This document shows, one piece after another, positions 25,296 to 33,072 of a stretch of DNA of 43,728 nt. This DNA comes from a virus. Its lineage: Duplodnaviria > Heunggongvirae > Uroviricota > Caudoviricetes. A model generated the notes under the pieces. It had not been told where the DNA came from, did no database searches, and was given only the letters and a program-made list of their open reading frames with translations. How positions within the stretch are numbered: position 1 is the stretch's first letter; each line of letters opens with the position of its first letter. The stretch is from IMG/VR virus record IMGVR_UViG_3300015181_000003, positions 1 through 43,728 of that record; one strand, given 5' to 3'. The position numbers and the translations under genes are program-made.

Positions 25296-25499
25296 ACCTA
25301 ATGCCAGCCACTTGGCGTCTACTTGCAGCACTTCCGCCAGTTTAAACAGCGTCGCCGGGCGGACGTCCTGAGTTACCCCAAGCGCAAGCTGGTTAATTGC
25401 GCCCTGGGAAACGCCAGCCAGGACCGCCAGACGGCGCTGGGAGATGCCGAGTTCTTTACGGCGTTGTTCTACACGGATGCCTAGTTCAGATGGTTGCAT
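25284..25499 (-). CDS. XRE-family (Cro/CI-type) HTH transcriptional regulator
   Basis: 71 aa with HTH ISQRRLAVLAGVSQGAINQL; AAGGAG SD; transcribed divergently from the 25625 operon across an operator-bearing region. Confidence 0.7.
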   Translation of the reverse strand: MQPSELGIRVEQRRKELGISQRRLAVLAGVSQGAINQLALGVTQDVRPATLFKLAEVLQVDAKWLALGEGA

Positions 25500-25563
25500 G
25501 TCAGTTACTCCTTAGTCAGTTGATATGCGAATAGTACCATATTAATTATTTTAGAAAAGCCCA

Positions 25564-25593
25564 TTGACAACATGAATAGCTAGCTATTATAGT
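25564..25593 (+). promoter_or_regulatory. sigma70-like promoter with embedded palindromic operator
   Basis: TTGACA at 25564..25569, TATAGT at 25588..25593 (18-nt spacer); spacer contains perfect palindrome AATAGCTAGCTATT. Confidence 0.5.
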
Positions 25594-25624
25594 TAGCCCA
25601 TACCAAACGGGAGGAGAGAAACAA

Positions 25625-26140
25625 ATGTTAGACCAATTCTTAAAATTACTGGAACGTTTCGTAGTCGCACATGAACTGATTGCTGCGAATAGTTCGAAAC
25701 AAGTTGTCGTCGCCGAAGTAGATGGGTTAACCGCAGAGACTAAAGCAGACGTAGTTCGTTCCGTTGTAAAAGCTGAAGAAACAAAAGAAATCCCAGTCGA
25801 AGGTGAAGACCCAGTCGAAGGTGAAGACCTTGTTGACACTAAACCGGCAGAAGAAGAGAAGCCTAAACGCAAGCCGCGTAAAGCTAAAGCCGAGGAACCG
25901 ACGCCAGAACCGGAAGAAGAGAAAGAAGAAGTCGATTATCAGTCTCTTCGTGACCAGATTCAGGCTATCGACGATGCGATTAACGAAGGTCCGAGCGATG
26001 CCGCATGCGATGACTCCGATGAACTGCTGGAAGAGTTCACTGGTAAGAAGATGAAGATTGCCGCGATTAAAGACGAAGACCTGGCTGAATACCTGGAACG
26101 CCTGACGGCAATCAAGAACAAGTATTTCGAAGAAGAATAA
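25625..26140 (+). CDS. acidic low-complexity protein (171 aa)
   Basis: GGAGGAG SD; Glu/Asp-rich with PVEGED x2 encoded by an 18-bp tandem repeat at 25793..25828. Confidence 0.5.
   Translation: MLDQFLKLLERFVVAHELIAANSSKQVVVAEVDGLTAETKADVVRSVVKAEETKEIPVEGEDPVEGEDLVDTKPAEEEKPKRKPRKAKAEEPTPEPEEEKEEVDYQSLRDQIQAIDDAINEGPSDAACDDSDELLEEFTGKKMKIAAIKDEDLAEYLERLTAIKNKYFEEE
25793..25828 (+). repeat. 18-bp perfect tandem repeat x2 (CCAGTCGAAGGTGAAGAC)
   Basis: Two exact adjacent copies inside the coding region of 25625..26140. Confidence 0.8.
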
Positions 26141-26183
26141 TTATCCCGCGGCCTTCGGGCCGCTTTAACTGAGGGTCGGAAAT

Positions 26184-26393
26184 ATGATTATTAAAGATTT
26201 CTTTGACGATGCTACCGAAGTTTCCGTTAAAGTTCGGGACACGATGCAAGGTAAACAAAAGTTAGTATCTATTGACTTCAACCCGTTTGACTGCGGGTAT
26301 GATTTGAATTTTATGGAGTATACGCCTGATGTGGCGCGAGAACTTGCTAAAGCGCTTATTGCCGCCGCAGATGAAGCGGAGTATATGTCATGA
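26184..26393 (+). CDS. hypothetical acidic protein (69 aa)
   Basis: Track ORF with GAGGG SD; preceded by a GCGGCC / GGCCGC hairpin. Confidence 0.45.
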   Translation: MIIKDFFDDATEVSVKVRDTMQGKQKLVSIDFNPFDCGYDLNFMEYTPDVARELAKALIAAADEAEYMS

Positions 26394-26662
26394 TTTACCA
26401 ACTCTACCGGGCCGTTGACAGGCGGGATAATACGGAGGCGCTATGGTTATTGCGTGCACCGTCCGGCGCGCACCAGATGGAAGAGATGGCGTACTTAGGA
26501 AAAGTACCGCGGCCTAAAGATATAGGCCGCCACGTGTCGCAGATTAAGCGCACGACTTTCGCCAAACCTGACTTTTATGTCTTCGAGTCAATGTATGGGT
26601 GGGCTATGCATTGTCATCACCAAACGCGACATTTAATTGACCAGTGGGAGAACAGGGTATGA
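26390..26662 (+). CDS. hypothetical protein (90 aa)
   Basis: ATG overlaps the upstream stop; its own stop overlaps the next ATG. Confidence 0.45.
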   Translation: MIYQLYRAVDRRDNTEALWLLRAPSGAHQMEEMAYLGKVPRPKDIGRHVSQIKRTTFAKPDFYVFESMYGWAMHCHHQTRHLIDQWENRV

Positions 26663-27924
26663 TTTTAAAGGAACGCGGCGGCAACAACGATGTGCACGCC
26701 TTACTATCACCGTCGGGTGCTAAGAAGTGGCTAACCTGCGCGGCGTCACTGGCCTGTGAAAAAGATATTCCTAACACGTCAGGTAAGGCCGCAGTGTTAG
26801 GCACAGCTATGCACACTATAGCTGAGGTCCATCTAAACCAGTACATCAAAGGCACTGCGTTACCGTTAGAGCGCGAAGTTGGCGCTTACGTGCTGGATGA
26901 GGGTAAAGGCCAGATTAAGGCGCTAATCAGCCAGATGAAATGTGCGGTGCTGATTACGGCGGACATGATTGAACAGGTGCGCAAGTACACAGACTACTGC
27001 AAAGCGATTATCGATGTAGCGACTTACGCCAAACTCGAGATGCGTGTCAATCTTACTGAGGTATTGCATCCGGGGTACATCCATAGCCCTGGCGGACGGC
27101 AAGAAGAACTACAGACGTTCGGAACGGCTGACCTTGTTGCCGTTCAGGAACTGGCTAACACCGACGAGCACATGCTTATCATCGGCGACCTGAAAACTGG
27201 ACGGCATCGTGTCGAAGCGAAAGAAAACAAACAGCTTATGCTCTACGCTCTCGGTGTTTATCGCCGCCTCAAGAGACGATATAACATCACAGTTGTTCGT
27301 CTGGTAATCTTCCAGCCGTACGCTGGCGGCGCGTCGGAGTGGGACATTTCTGTTGAAGGTCTGGAACTGTTCGCCAAGTTTGCGCAGAAACGAGCACTGT
27401 TAGCTCTTGATGCGTATTTCCGTGGTAAAAAGAACCTGAAAGCGTCGGACTTCAGGCCGTCGGTCGATGGTTGCCAGTGGTGTCGGTTCTCTGAACAATG
27501 CGCCGCGCGTACAAAGACGGTTAATTCTGTACTTGCGGAAGAACTGGAAGACGACTTTGCTCTTGAACTTACGCCTGAGCAACTCGTAGTCGAGTATGAG
27601 AAGCTGCCGCTGTTGCGCCAGCACATCGACAAGGTTGAGAAAGCGATGACCGCCGCGTTGCATTCCGGTAAGAAAGTGCCGGGGTACAAGCTGGTTGGAG
27701 GCCGCCCGGGTAATCGTGCGTGGAAAGATTCCGATGCAGTATTCGAGAAGTACGGCACTATGCTGCAAAAGGTAGTTCTCATGACGCCGACCGAAGCTGT
27801 TAAAGTAATACCGGAAGAAGAACTGAAAGACTTTATTACCCGTAAGCCTGGTGCACCATGCGTTGCAACGACAGACGATAAACGGCCTGAGTGGAATCAG
27901 GTTAGCGAAGAAGATTTAGAATAA
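26659..27924 (+). CDS. PD-(D/E)XK Cas4-like exonuclease (DUF2800-type)
   Basis: N-terminal LSPSGAKKWLTC and C-terminal Cys cluster CQWCRFSEQC (Fe-S-like), recalled as the phage Cas4-like nuclease family signature. Confidence 0.6.
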   Translation: MILKERGGNNDVHALLSPSGAKKWLTCAASLACEKDIPNTSGKAAVLGTAMHTIAEVHLNQYIKGTALPLEREVGAYVLDEGKGQIKALISQMKCAVLITADMIEQVRKYTDYCKAIIDVATYAKLEMRVNLTEVLHPGYIHSPGGRQEELQTFGTADLVAVQELANTDEHMLIIGDLKTGRHRVEAKENKQLMLYALGVYRRLKRRYNITVVRLVIFQPYAGGASEWDISVEGLELFAKFAQKRALLALDAYFRGKKNLKASDFRPSVDGCQWCRFSEQCAARTKTVNSVLAEELEDDFALELTPEQLVVEYEKLPLLRQHIDKVEKAMTAALHSGKKVPGYKLVGGRPGNRAWKDSDAVFEKYGTMLQKVVLMTPTEAVKVIPEEELKDFITRKPGAPCVATTDDKRPEWNQVSEEDLE

Positions 27925-27928
27925 AGTG

Positions 27929-27957
27929 TTGACACCTGAATAGTTAGCTATTATAGT
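27929..27957 (+). promoter_or_regulatory. sigma70-like promoter with embedded operator
   Basis: TTGACA at 27929..27934, 17-nt spacer containing GAATAG-N4-CTATTA, TATAGT at 27952..27957. Confidence 0.5.
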
Positions 27958-28013
27958 TCTAATCACTGGCCGGGCAGCTTCCCGGAGTAAACTGAAAACT
28001 GAGGAATCGAGAA

Positions 28014-28652
28014 ATGGGTATCAAAGTTAAACTGAGCAACGTGCGTATCGGATGGGTAGACGTTTATAAGAAAGCCGCGGACCGTGTAAACAGTCAGGGC
28101 CAACAAGTAGAAGGCCAATACCAGCTTACCGCGTATCTTGATAAAGATGACCCGCAAATTGAGAAAATTGAAGACGCGGTAACTGAGGTTATGACGGAAG
28201 CATTAGGTAGCGCTTCTGCCGCCGAAAAATGGATGTCAAAAAACTTCGGCTTCGGAAACCATGCGGATAAATGCGCATTCCGCGACCTAGCACAGCGCGA
28301 CTCACCGATTGAAGGTCTTGAGGAAGGTTTGTACTTCATGGCTAAGAGCCGTAAGCAACCTATGATTGCAACTTCTGAAGGTGAGGTGCAGTGTCAACGC
28401 GGCGGCCGTGTAGTTAAGGGTCTTACCGAAGCAGGGGATGATGTAGAAGGTAAAGAAGTTTATTCTGGTTGCTACGCTAATATTGTAGTTGATGTCTATT
28501 GGTACTCAACTTATAAAAACCTCGGGGTAGAACTACTCGGTGTTCGCTTTAAGGATGACGGTGAAGCGTTCGGCGGGGCCGGTGCTACCGTAGACCTTAA
28601 TGACCTTGAGGATGATGAACCAGCACCGCGCCGTGAACGCCGTCGCCGCTAA
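28014..28652 (+). CDS. ssDNA-binding protein-like (DUF2815-type)
   Basis: 212 aa following the Cas4-like nuclease gene (a recurring pairing in phage replication modules); acidic C-terminal stretch DLNDLEDDEP. Confidence 0.45.
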   Translation: MGIKVKLSNVRIGWVDVYKKAADRVNSQGQQVEGQYQLTAYLDKDDPQIEKIEDAVTEVMTEALGSASAAEKWMSKNFGFGNHADKCAFRDLAQRDSPIEGLEEGLYFMAKSRKQPMIATSEGEVQCQRGGRVVKGLTEAGDDVEGKEVYSGCYANIVVDVYWYSTYKNLGVELLGVRFKDDGEAFGGAGATVDLNDLEDDEPAPRRERRRR

Positions 28653-28671
28653 TATCTGAATCAATTTAACT

Positions 28672-28696
28672 AAGGCCCTTCATTGGGCCTTTTTAC
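28672..28696 (+). terminator. rho-independent terminator
   Basis: Stem AAGGCCC / GGGCCTT with loop TTCATTG followed by T5. Confidence 0.6.
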
Positions 28697-28706
28697 CGGA
28701 GTCAGA

Positions 28707-29181
28707 ATGGAACATATAAAAGATTTTCTAAGCTACGACCGAGAGACAGGGGTATTCACGTGGATACAGCCTACTTACCGTCGAGGGCGACCGGGAGACA
28801 TCGCGGGGTGCATCAATAGTAGTGGATACTGGCGAATTCCGTACATGGGTCGATATTACATGGCGCACAGGCTAGCGTGGTTTTTCGAGTATGGTGAATG
28901 GCCCGAAGGCCCTCTTGACCATATAAACCGTGACAGGTTAGACAATAGGATTTCTAACCTAAGGAAAGCAACAACCGCTGATAATGTGCGAAACGCTAAA
29001 AATAAGGGAGCTAGAACAGGAGTTAAGGGGGGTAGTTAAAAACGGCAACCGATTTTACGGGCGTGTGCATTTTAACTACAAAAGTTATAACGCCGGTAGC
29101 TACGGAACTCTTGAAGAAGCAGAAAGCGCTGTAAAGAAATTAAGAGAAAAACTGCACAAGGAATTTTATTGCCATGACTAG
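28707..29181 (+). pseudogene. HNH-AP2 homing endonuclease, split by a frameshift in a G6 run
   Basis: Frame 1 (28707..29039) carries the HNH motif YMAHRLAWFFEYGEWPEGPLDHINRDRLDNRISNLR. Frame 2 (28984..29181) carries an AP2-like domain GVVKNGNRFYGRVHFNYKSYNAGSYGTLEEAESA. Frames switch at GGGGGG 29027..29032; one extra G would fuse them. Confidence 0.55.
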
Positions 29182-31372
29182 TTTATTATACCTGGATACC
29201 GAGACGTTCTCTGGAGCGGACTTAAAGAAAGTCGGGTCGTATGCGTACGCGGAGCACCCAACGACAGAGGTTATAATTTGCACATATGCCGTTGATGATG
29301 GTCCTGTAGAAGTATGGGATTGCACTTCCGAACCAGTAATGCCAATAAGCCTACGTGTTGCGCTCCGTAATGTTATGCGCGGACGTATGAAAATCGTGGG
29401 CCATAACTTTTTAATGTTCGACCGCCTCATCATGAAACACTGCTGGGGTTTTGATATTCCCGTAAGTAACACCATTGATACGATGATTTGGGCGTTTCGT
29501 CACGCGCTGCCGGGTTCTCTCGATGCCTTGTGCCAAGTGCTGGGCGTATCTGCGGACAACGCGAAAGATAAACGCGGCAAGGCGCTGATTAAGCGTTTTT
29601 CTAAACCTACGCCAAAGAACTACAAAATTCGCCGGTACACCGCCGAGACACACCCTGATGAGTGGGCGCTGTTCATCAAGTACGCCGTGAGTGACATCAC
29701 TGCGATGCGTGAAGTATTCCATAAGCTGCCGCGGTGGGGTAACTCTGAGTTCGAGGACCGTGTACTGGAACTCGACCAGTTAATCAATGACCGCGGGTTT
29801 AAGGTTGACGTGGCACTGGCAGAAGCCGCGATTGAAGCCGTGGAGAAACACAAAGCACAGTTACAGGAAGAAGCCCAACGCAAATACGGCGGCTCGCTTA
29901 CCGGTAAAGACTTCCTTCCGATTCTACGTGAACTGGCTCCTGCGCACCGAATACACAACGCACAGAAATCGACGCTGAATGACCTGTTGGCAGACGATGA
30001 TTTACCTGACGACGCCCGCACGATTATCGAAATGCGACTCGGGGCCGCGTCCACCGCGTCAACGAAATATAACCCGCTGCTGTTGGGCCGCTCGTCGGAC
30101 GACCGCCGTCGTGGTTGCTTGCAGTACGGCGGGGCAAAACGCACTCTGCGATGGGCAGGTAAAGGCTTCCAGCCGCAGAACCTCGCGCGCGGGTACTATC
30201 ACGATGACGAACTGGATAAAGGCATTTCAGCGTTACTTAAGGGTCGCGCTCATCGCCGTTTCGACGTAGCCAAGCTAACGGCATCGACGGTTCGTAGCTG
30301 CATTATCCCGGAAGCAGGACATAAGTTTGTCGTCGCCGATTACTCGAACGTTGAAGGCCGGGGGCTTGCGTGGCTGGCTGGCGAAGAAACCGCGCTCGAT
30401 ACGTTCCGCGCTGGACTGGATATTTACTGCGTAACAGCAGGTAAGATGTTCGACATGGACCCCGACGATATTAAGAAAAACTTCAAGGAAATCAGACAGA
30501 TAGGCAAGGCTTGCGAGCTTGGCCTCGGCTATGAGGGCGGCGTCGGAGCGTTCGTTACATTCGCCAAAAACTTAGGTCTTGACCTTATTGAGATGGCAAA
30601 AACAATGGACGGTACATTCCCCGACCACATCTGGGCCGCTACCTCACGTGGGTATGAGTGGGCGCGAATTCAGGAAGCAAAGCGACCACCGCATCCGGGT
30701 GAAAAGGATGACAGACCATCGTATATTCTTGATAAGAAAGTGTGGCGCACATGTGACGCAATCAAGCGTATGTGGCGCGAGTCACACCCCGAAACAGTAG
30801 CGTTCTGGCGCGACCTTAAAGATGGAATCTTGGCCGCTGTTCGTAATCCTGGTCGTGAATTTTGGGCGGGAGCACACTTACGCAGGAATGGGGAAAGGGC
30901 CATCCGCATATGGCGTACTGTTGAATTTGATTCGTCCGGTAGGAAGGTTCCTGGTTGGTGGTTGTGTATGGAGTTGCCGTCAGGTCGCATCCTCTCGTAT
31001 CCGGGAATCGGGGTTAGTGTGACAAAGGAAACAGATGAAGACGGACGGGTGAACACAAATGTGCGAATCAAGTATCAAGGCGAAAACCAGTTAACCCGCC
31101 AATGGACTACCCTGTATACCCACGGCGGCAAAGCCTGTGAAAACATTGTTCAAGCGTTGTGCCGTGATTTACTCGCATATGCGATGATTAATGTTGAGGG
31201 TGGCGGGTACCCCATCGTGCTTTCGGTACACGATGAACTGGTGTGCGAAACTCCAGATGCGCCGGAATACAATGTCGCTGAACTCGAGCGGTTGATGTGC
31301 GAATTACCGGAATGGGCGGAGGGGTTCCCTCTTGTGGCGGAAGGACAGGAGTTAAAACGTTATGCTAAGTAA
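29174..31372 (+). CDS. DNA polymerase, family A, with 3'-5' exonuclease domain
   Basis: 732 aa; N-terminal exonuclease-like motif LYLDTETFS; long polymerase body. Confidence 0.85.
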   Translation: MTSLLYLDTETFSGADLKKVGSYAYAEHPTTEVIICTYAVDDGPVEVWDCTSEPVMPISLRVALRNVMRGRMKIVGHNFLMFDRLIMKHCWGFDIPVSNTIDTMIWAFRHALPGSLDALCQVLGVSADNAKDKRGKALIKRFSKPTPKNYKIRRYTAETHPDEWALFIKYAVSDITAMREVFHKLPRWGNSEFEDRVLELDQLINDRGFKVDVALAEAAIEAVEKHKAQLQEEAQRKYGGSLTGKDFLPILRELAPAHRIHNAQKSTLNDLLADDDLPDDARTIIEMRLGAASTASTKYNPLLLGRSSDDRRRGCLQYGGAKRTLRWAGKGFQPQNLARGYYHDDELDKGISALLKGRAHRRFDVAKLTASTVRSCIIPEAGHKFVVADYSNVEGRGLAWLAGEETALDTFRAGLDIYCVTAGKMFDMDPDDIKKNFKEIRQIGKACELGLGYEGGVGAFVTFAKNLGLDLIEMAKTMDGTFPDHIWAATSRGYEWARIQEAKRPPHPGEKDDRPSYILDKKVWRTCDAIKRMWRESHPETVAFWRDLKDGILAAVRNPGREFWAGAHLRRNGERAIRIWRTVEFDSSGRKVPGWWLCMELPSGRILSYPGIGVSVTKETDEDGRVNTNVRIKYQGENQLTRQWTTLYTHGGKACENIVQALCRDLLAYAMINVEGGGYPIVLSVHDELVCETPDAPEYNVAELERLMCELPEWAEGFPLVAEGQELKRYAK

Positions 31373-31493
31373 ACTGATTATCGCGGTACTGGCGGGATTT
31401 GCTGCCGGTGTCTACTGTCACGAGGGTCAATACGGCATGATGGTCGCCGTATTGTGTATGTTGGTAGCAATTTATCTGTGGGTGCTGGAATGA
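31362..31493 (+). CDS. small membrane protein (43 aa)
   Basis: Not in the track; ATG overlapping the end of the polymerase gene with AGGAG SD; two hydrophobic helices. Confidence 0.3.
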   Translation: MLSKLIIAVLAGFAAGVYCHEGQYGMMVAVLCMLVAIYLWVLE

Positions 31494-31579
31494 AAATCTA
31501 CTGGTTTTATGAAGAAGACTGCCGAATCTGTCCGCGCTGCGGGATTGAGCATACGAAACGTGAGGGGTGTGTAATATGA
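31490..31579 (+). CDS. Cys-rich micro-protein (29 aa)
   Basis: ATGA overlaps at both ends; contains CRICPRC. Very short, speculative. Confidence 0.2.
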   Translation: MKIYWFYEEDCRICPRCGIEHTKREGCVI

Positions 31580-31770
31580 GTAACAAACCATTTAGTAAGA
31601 AACTAGCTGCGTTGGTGGATATGCCAGAATGGGAATTTATCATGGTAATGGGTGACGGGTTCTTCAGTGACGTTTGCGCCGGTTGTACGCACAAAGGCGT
31701 TTACTATTCGGAACACGACATCTATCAAGCGTACTTCCTGCGTAATCCAGATGCGGAGCCTTTGCTGTGA
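31576..31770 (+). CDS. hypothetical protein (64 aa)
   Basis: ATG at 31576 with GAGGGG SD (track start 31567 is GTG). Confidence 0.4.
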   Translation: MSNKPFSKKLAALVDMPEWEFIMVMGDGFFSDVCAGCTHKGVYYSEHDIYQAYFLRNPDAEPLL

Positions 31771-32069
31771 CACCGGAAGGCAAGATTCAGAAATACGCAA
31801 AAGAGCGATTCGAGGCCATTGGTGGCCTCGTCCGTAAGCTGTCATACGAAAACAGACGCGCGGCAATGGACCTGTTAGTGGTTCTCCCCCGCGGCGTCAT
31901 CTGGTTCGTCGAGGTCAAGAAAGACGGGAACACGAAGCCAGACCCGCACCAGCTACGGGAACATGAGAGATTCCGAAAACGTGGAGCTAATGTTTTTGTC
32001 GTTGGTTCGTTCAAACAGGTTGACGACCTAATAGCAGACTATTATAGTAGTCATACACCAACAATATAA
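31767..32069 (+). CDS. VRR-NUC domain nuclease
   Basis: 100 aa with DLLVVLPRGVIWFVEVKKDG...FRKRGANVFVV pattern recalled from the VRR-NUC family. Confidence 0.6.
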   Translation: MTPEGKIQKYAKERFEAIGGLVRKLSYENRRAAMDLLVVLPRGVIWFVEVKKDGNTKPDPHQLREHERFRKRGANVFVVGSFKQVDDLIADYYSSHTPTI

Positions 32070-32080
32070 GGAATTGAGAA

Positions 32081-32272
32081 ATGAAATACGAATATGACCG
32101 CAAACCAGCACGTGACATCGTACCTGGCGACATGATTTTCAACGTTAAAACACGTCGTCCTGTTGCCGTTGATACGGTGTTCGTCGAGTCGAACTGTAAA
32201 CTGGTTATCGAAGATGTAACTGGTAACGTTACGGCGTTCGGGCGTAAAGAGCTGGTTTTGGTGGCGAAATGA
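32081..32272 (+). CDS. hypothetical protein (63 aa)
   Basis: AAGGAA SD; its stop overlaps the methyltransferase start. Confidence 0.4.
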   Translation: MKYEYDRKPARDIVPGDMIFNVKTRRPVAVDTVFVESNCKLVIEDVTGNVTAFGRKELVLVAK

Positions 32273-33072
32273 ACTATTACAACGAATGGGATAAAGGTGC
32301 AGCCGCGTGGCTACGTGAATTAATAAAACAGGGCCACATACCTTTTGGGGTTGTAGATGAAAGAAGCATTACCGAAGTTAAGCCAGAAGACCTTGACGGG
32401 TTCACCCAGTGTCATTTTTTCGCTGGTATCGGCGGCTGGCCTCTCGCGCTCAGACTTGCGGGAGTTTCGGAAGATACGCCTTGCTGGACGGGAAGCCCGC
32501 CTTGCCAACCGTTTAGCGCGGCGGGAAAGCAACTCGGACAGTTCGACCCGAGACACCTCGCGCCAGTCTTCCTCGACCTCATCAGCGAGTGCCGCCCTCC
32601 AGTCCTCTTTGGGGAGCAGGTTGCGCCAGCAATTGCAAAATCGTGGATGTGCGATTTACAAAATCGCCTGGAAGGAGAAGACTACGCCGTCGGGTTTGCC
32701 GTACTCCCAGCTTGTGGCGTCGGTGCCCCGCACAAACGCGACAGACTGTTCTTCGGCGCGTACAACCTGGCCGAGTCCTTGTGCGCAGAACGGGGCCGTG
32801 AACGGCTACACGGATTGGGAAAAAGTAATCAAACGCAAGGAAGCAGGACGGCAGCAGAACCTACAGGACGTTGTGATTCTGGCGGTTTCTGGTCAGATGC
32901 TGATTGGCTCGGATGCAGGGACGGAAAATTCAGGCCAGTTAAACCCGGCACATTCCCGCTGGCTAATGGGATACCCGCCAGAGTGGGACGATTGCGCGGT
33001 TATGGCAATGCCATCGTCCCGCAAGTAGCCGCTGAATTTATAAAGGCATTCATGGGGGCGGTCAATGAGTAA
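32269..33072 (+). CDS. DNA (cytosine-5)-methyltransferase
   Basis: 267 aa with motif I FAGIGG, motif IV PPCQPFSAAG and C-terminal GNAIVPQV. Confidence 0.7.
   Translation: MNYYNEWDKGAAAWLRELIKQGHIPFGVVDERSITEVKPEDLDGFTQCHFFAGIGGWPLALRLAGVSEDTPCWTGSPPCQPFSAAGKQLGQFDPRHLAPVFLDLISECRPPVLFGEQVAPAIAKSWMCDLQNRLEGEDYAVGFAVLPACGVGAPHKRDRLFFGAYNLAESLCAERGRERLHGLGKSNQTQGSRTAAEPTGRCDSGGFWSDADWLGCRDGKFRPVKPGTFPLANGIPARVGRLRGYGNAIVPQVAAEFIKAFMGAVNE

Noticed and set aside
27258-27782. 174-aa and 122-aa minus-strand ORFs
   Set aside because: Antisense to the Cas4-like nuclease gene in a uniformly plus-strand operon.
29620-30144. 174-aa minus-strand ORF (and 30670..31071)
   Set aside because: Antisense to the DNA polymerase gene; Ser/Arg-rich low-complexity products.
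32357-33028. 223-aa plus-strand ORF in an alternative frame
   Set aside because: Embedded in the methyltransferase gene in another frame; the methyltransferase frame carries the catalytic motifs, this frame is Ser/Arg-rich.
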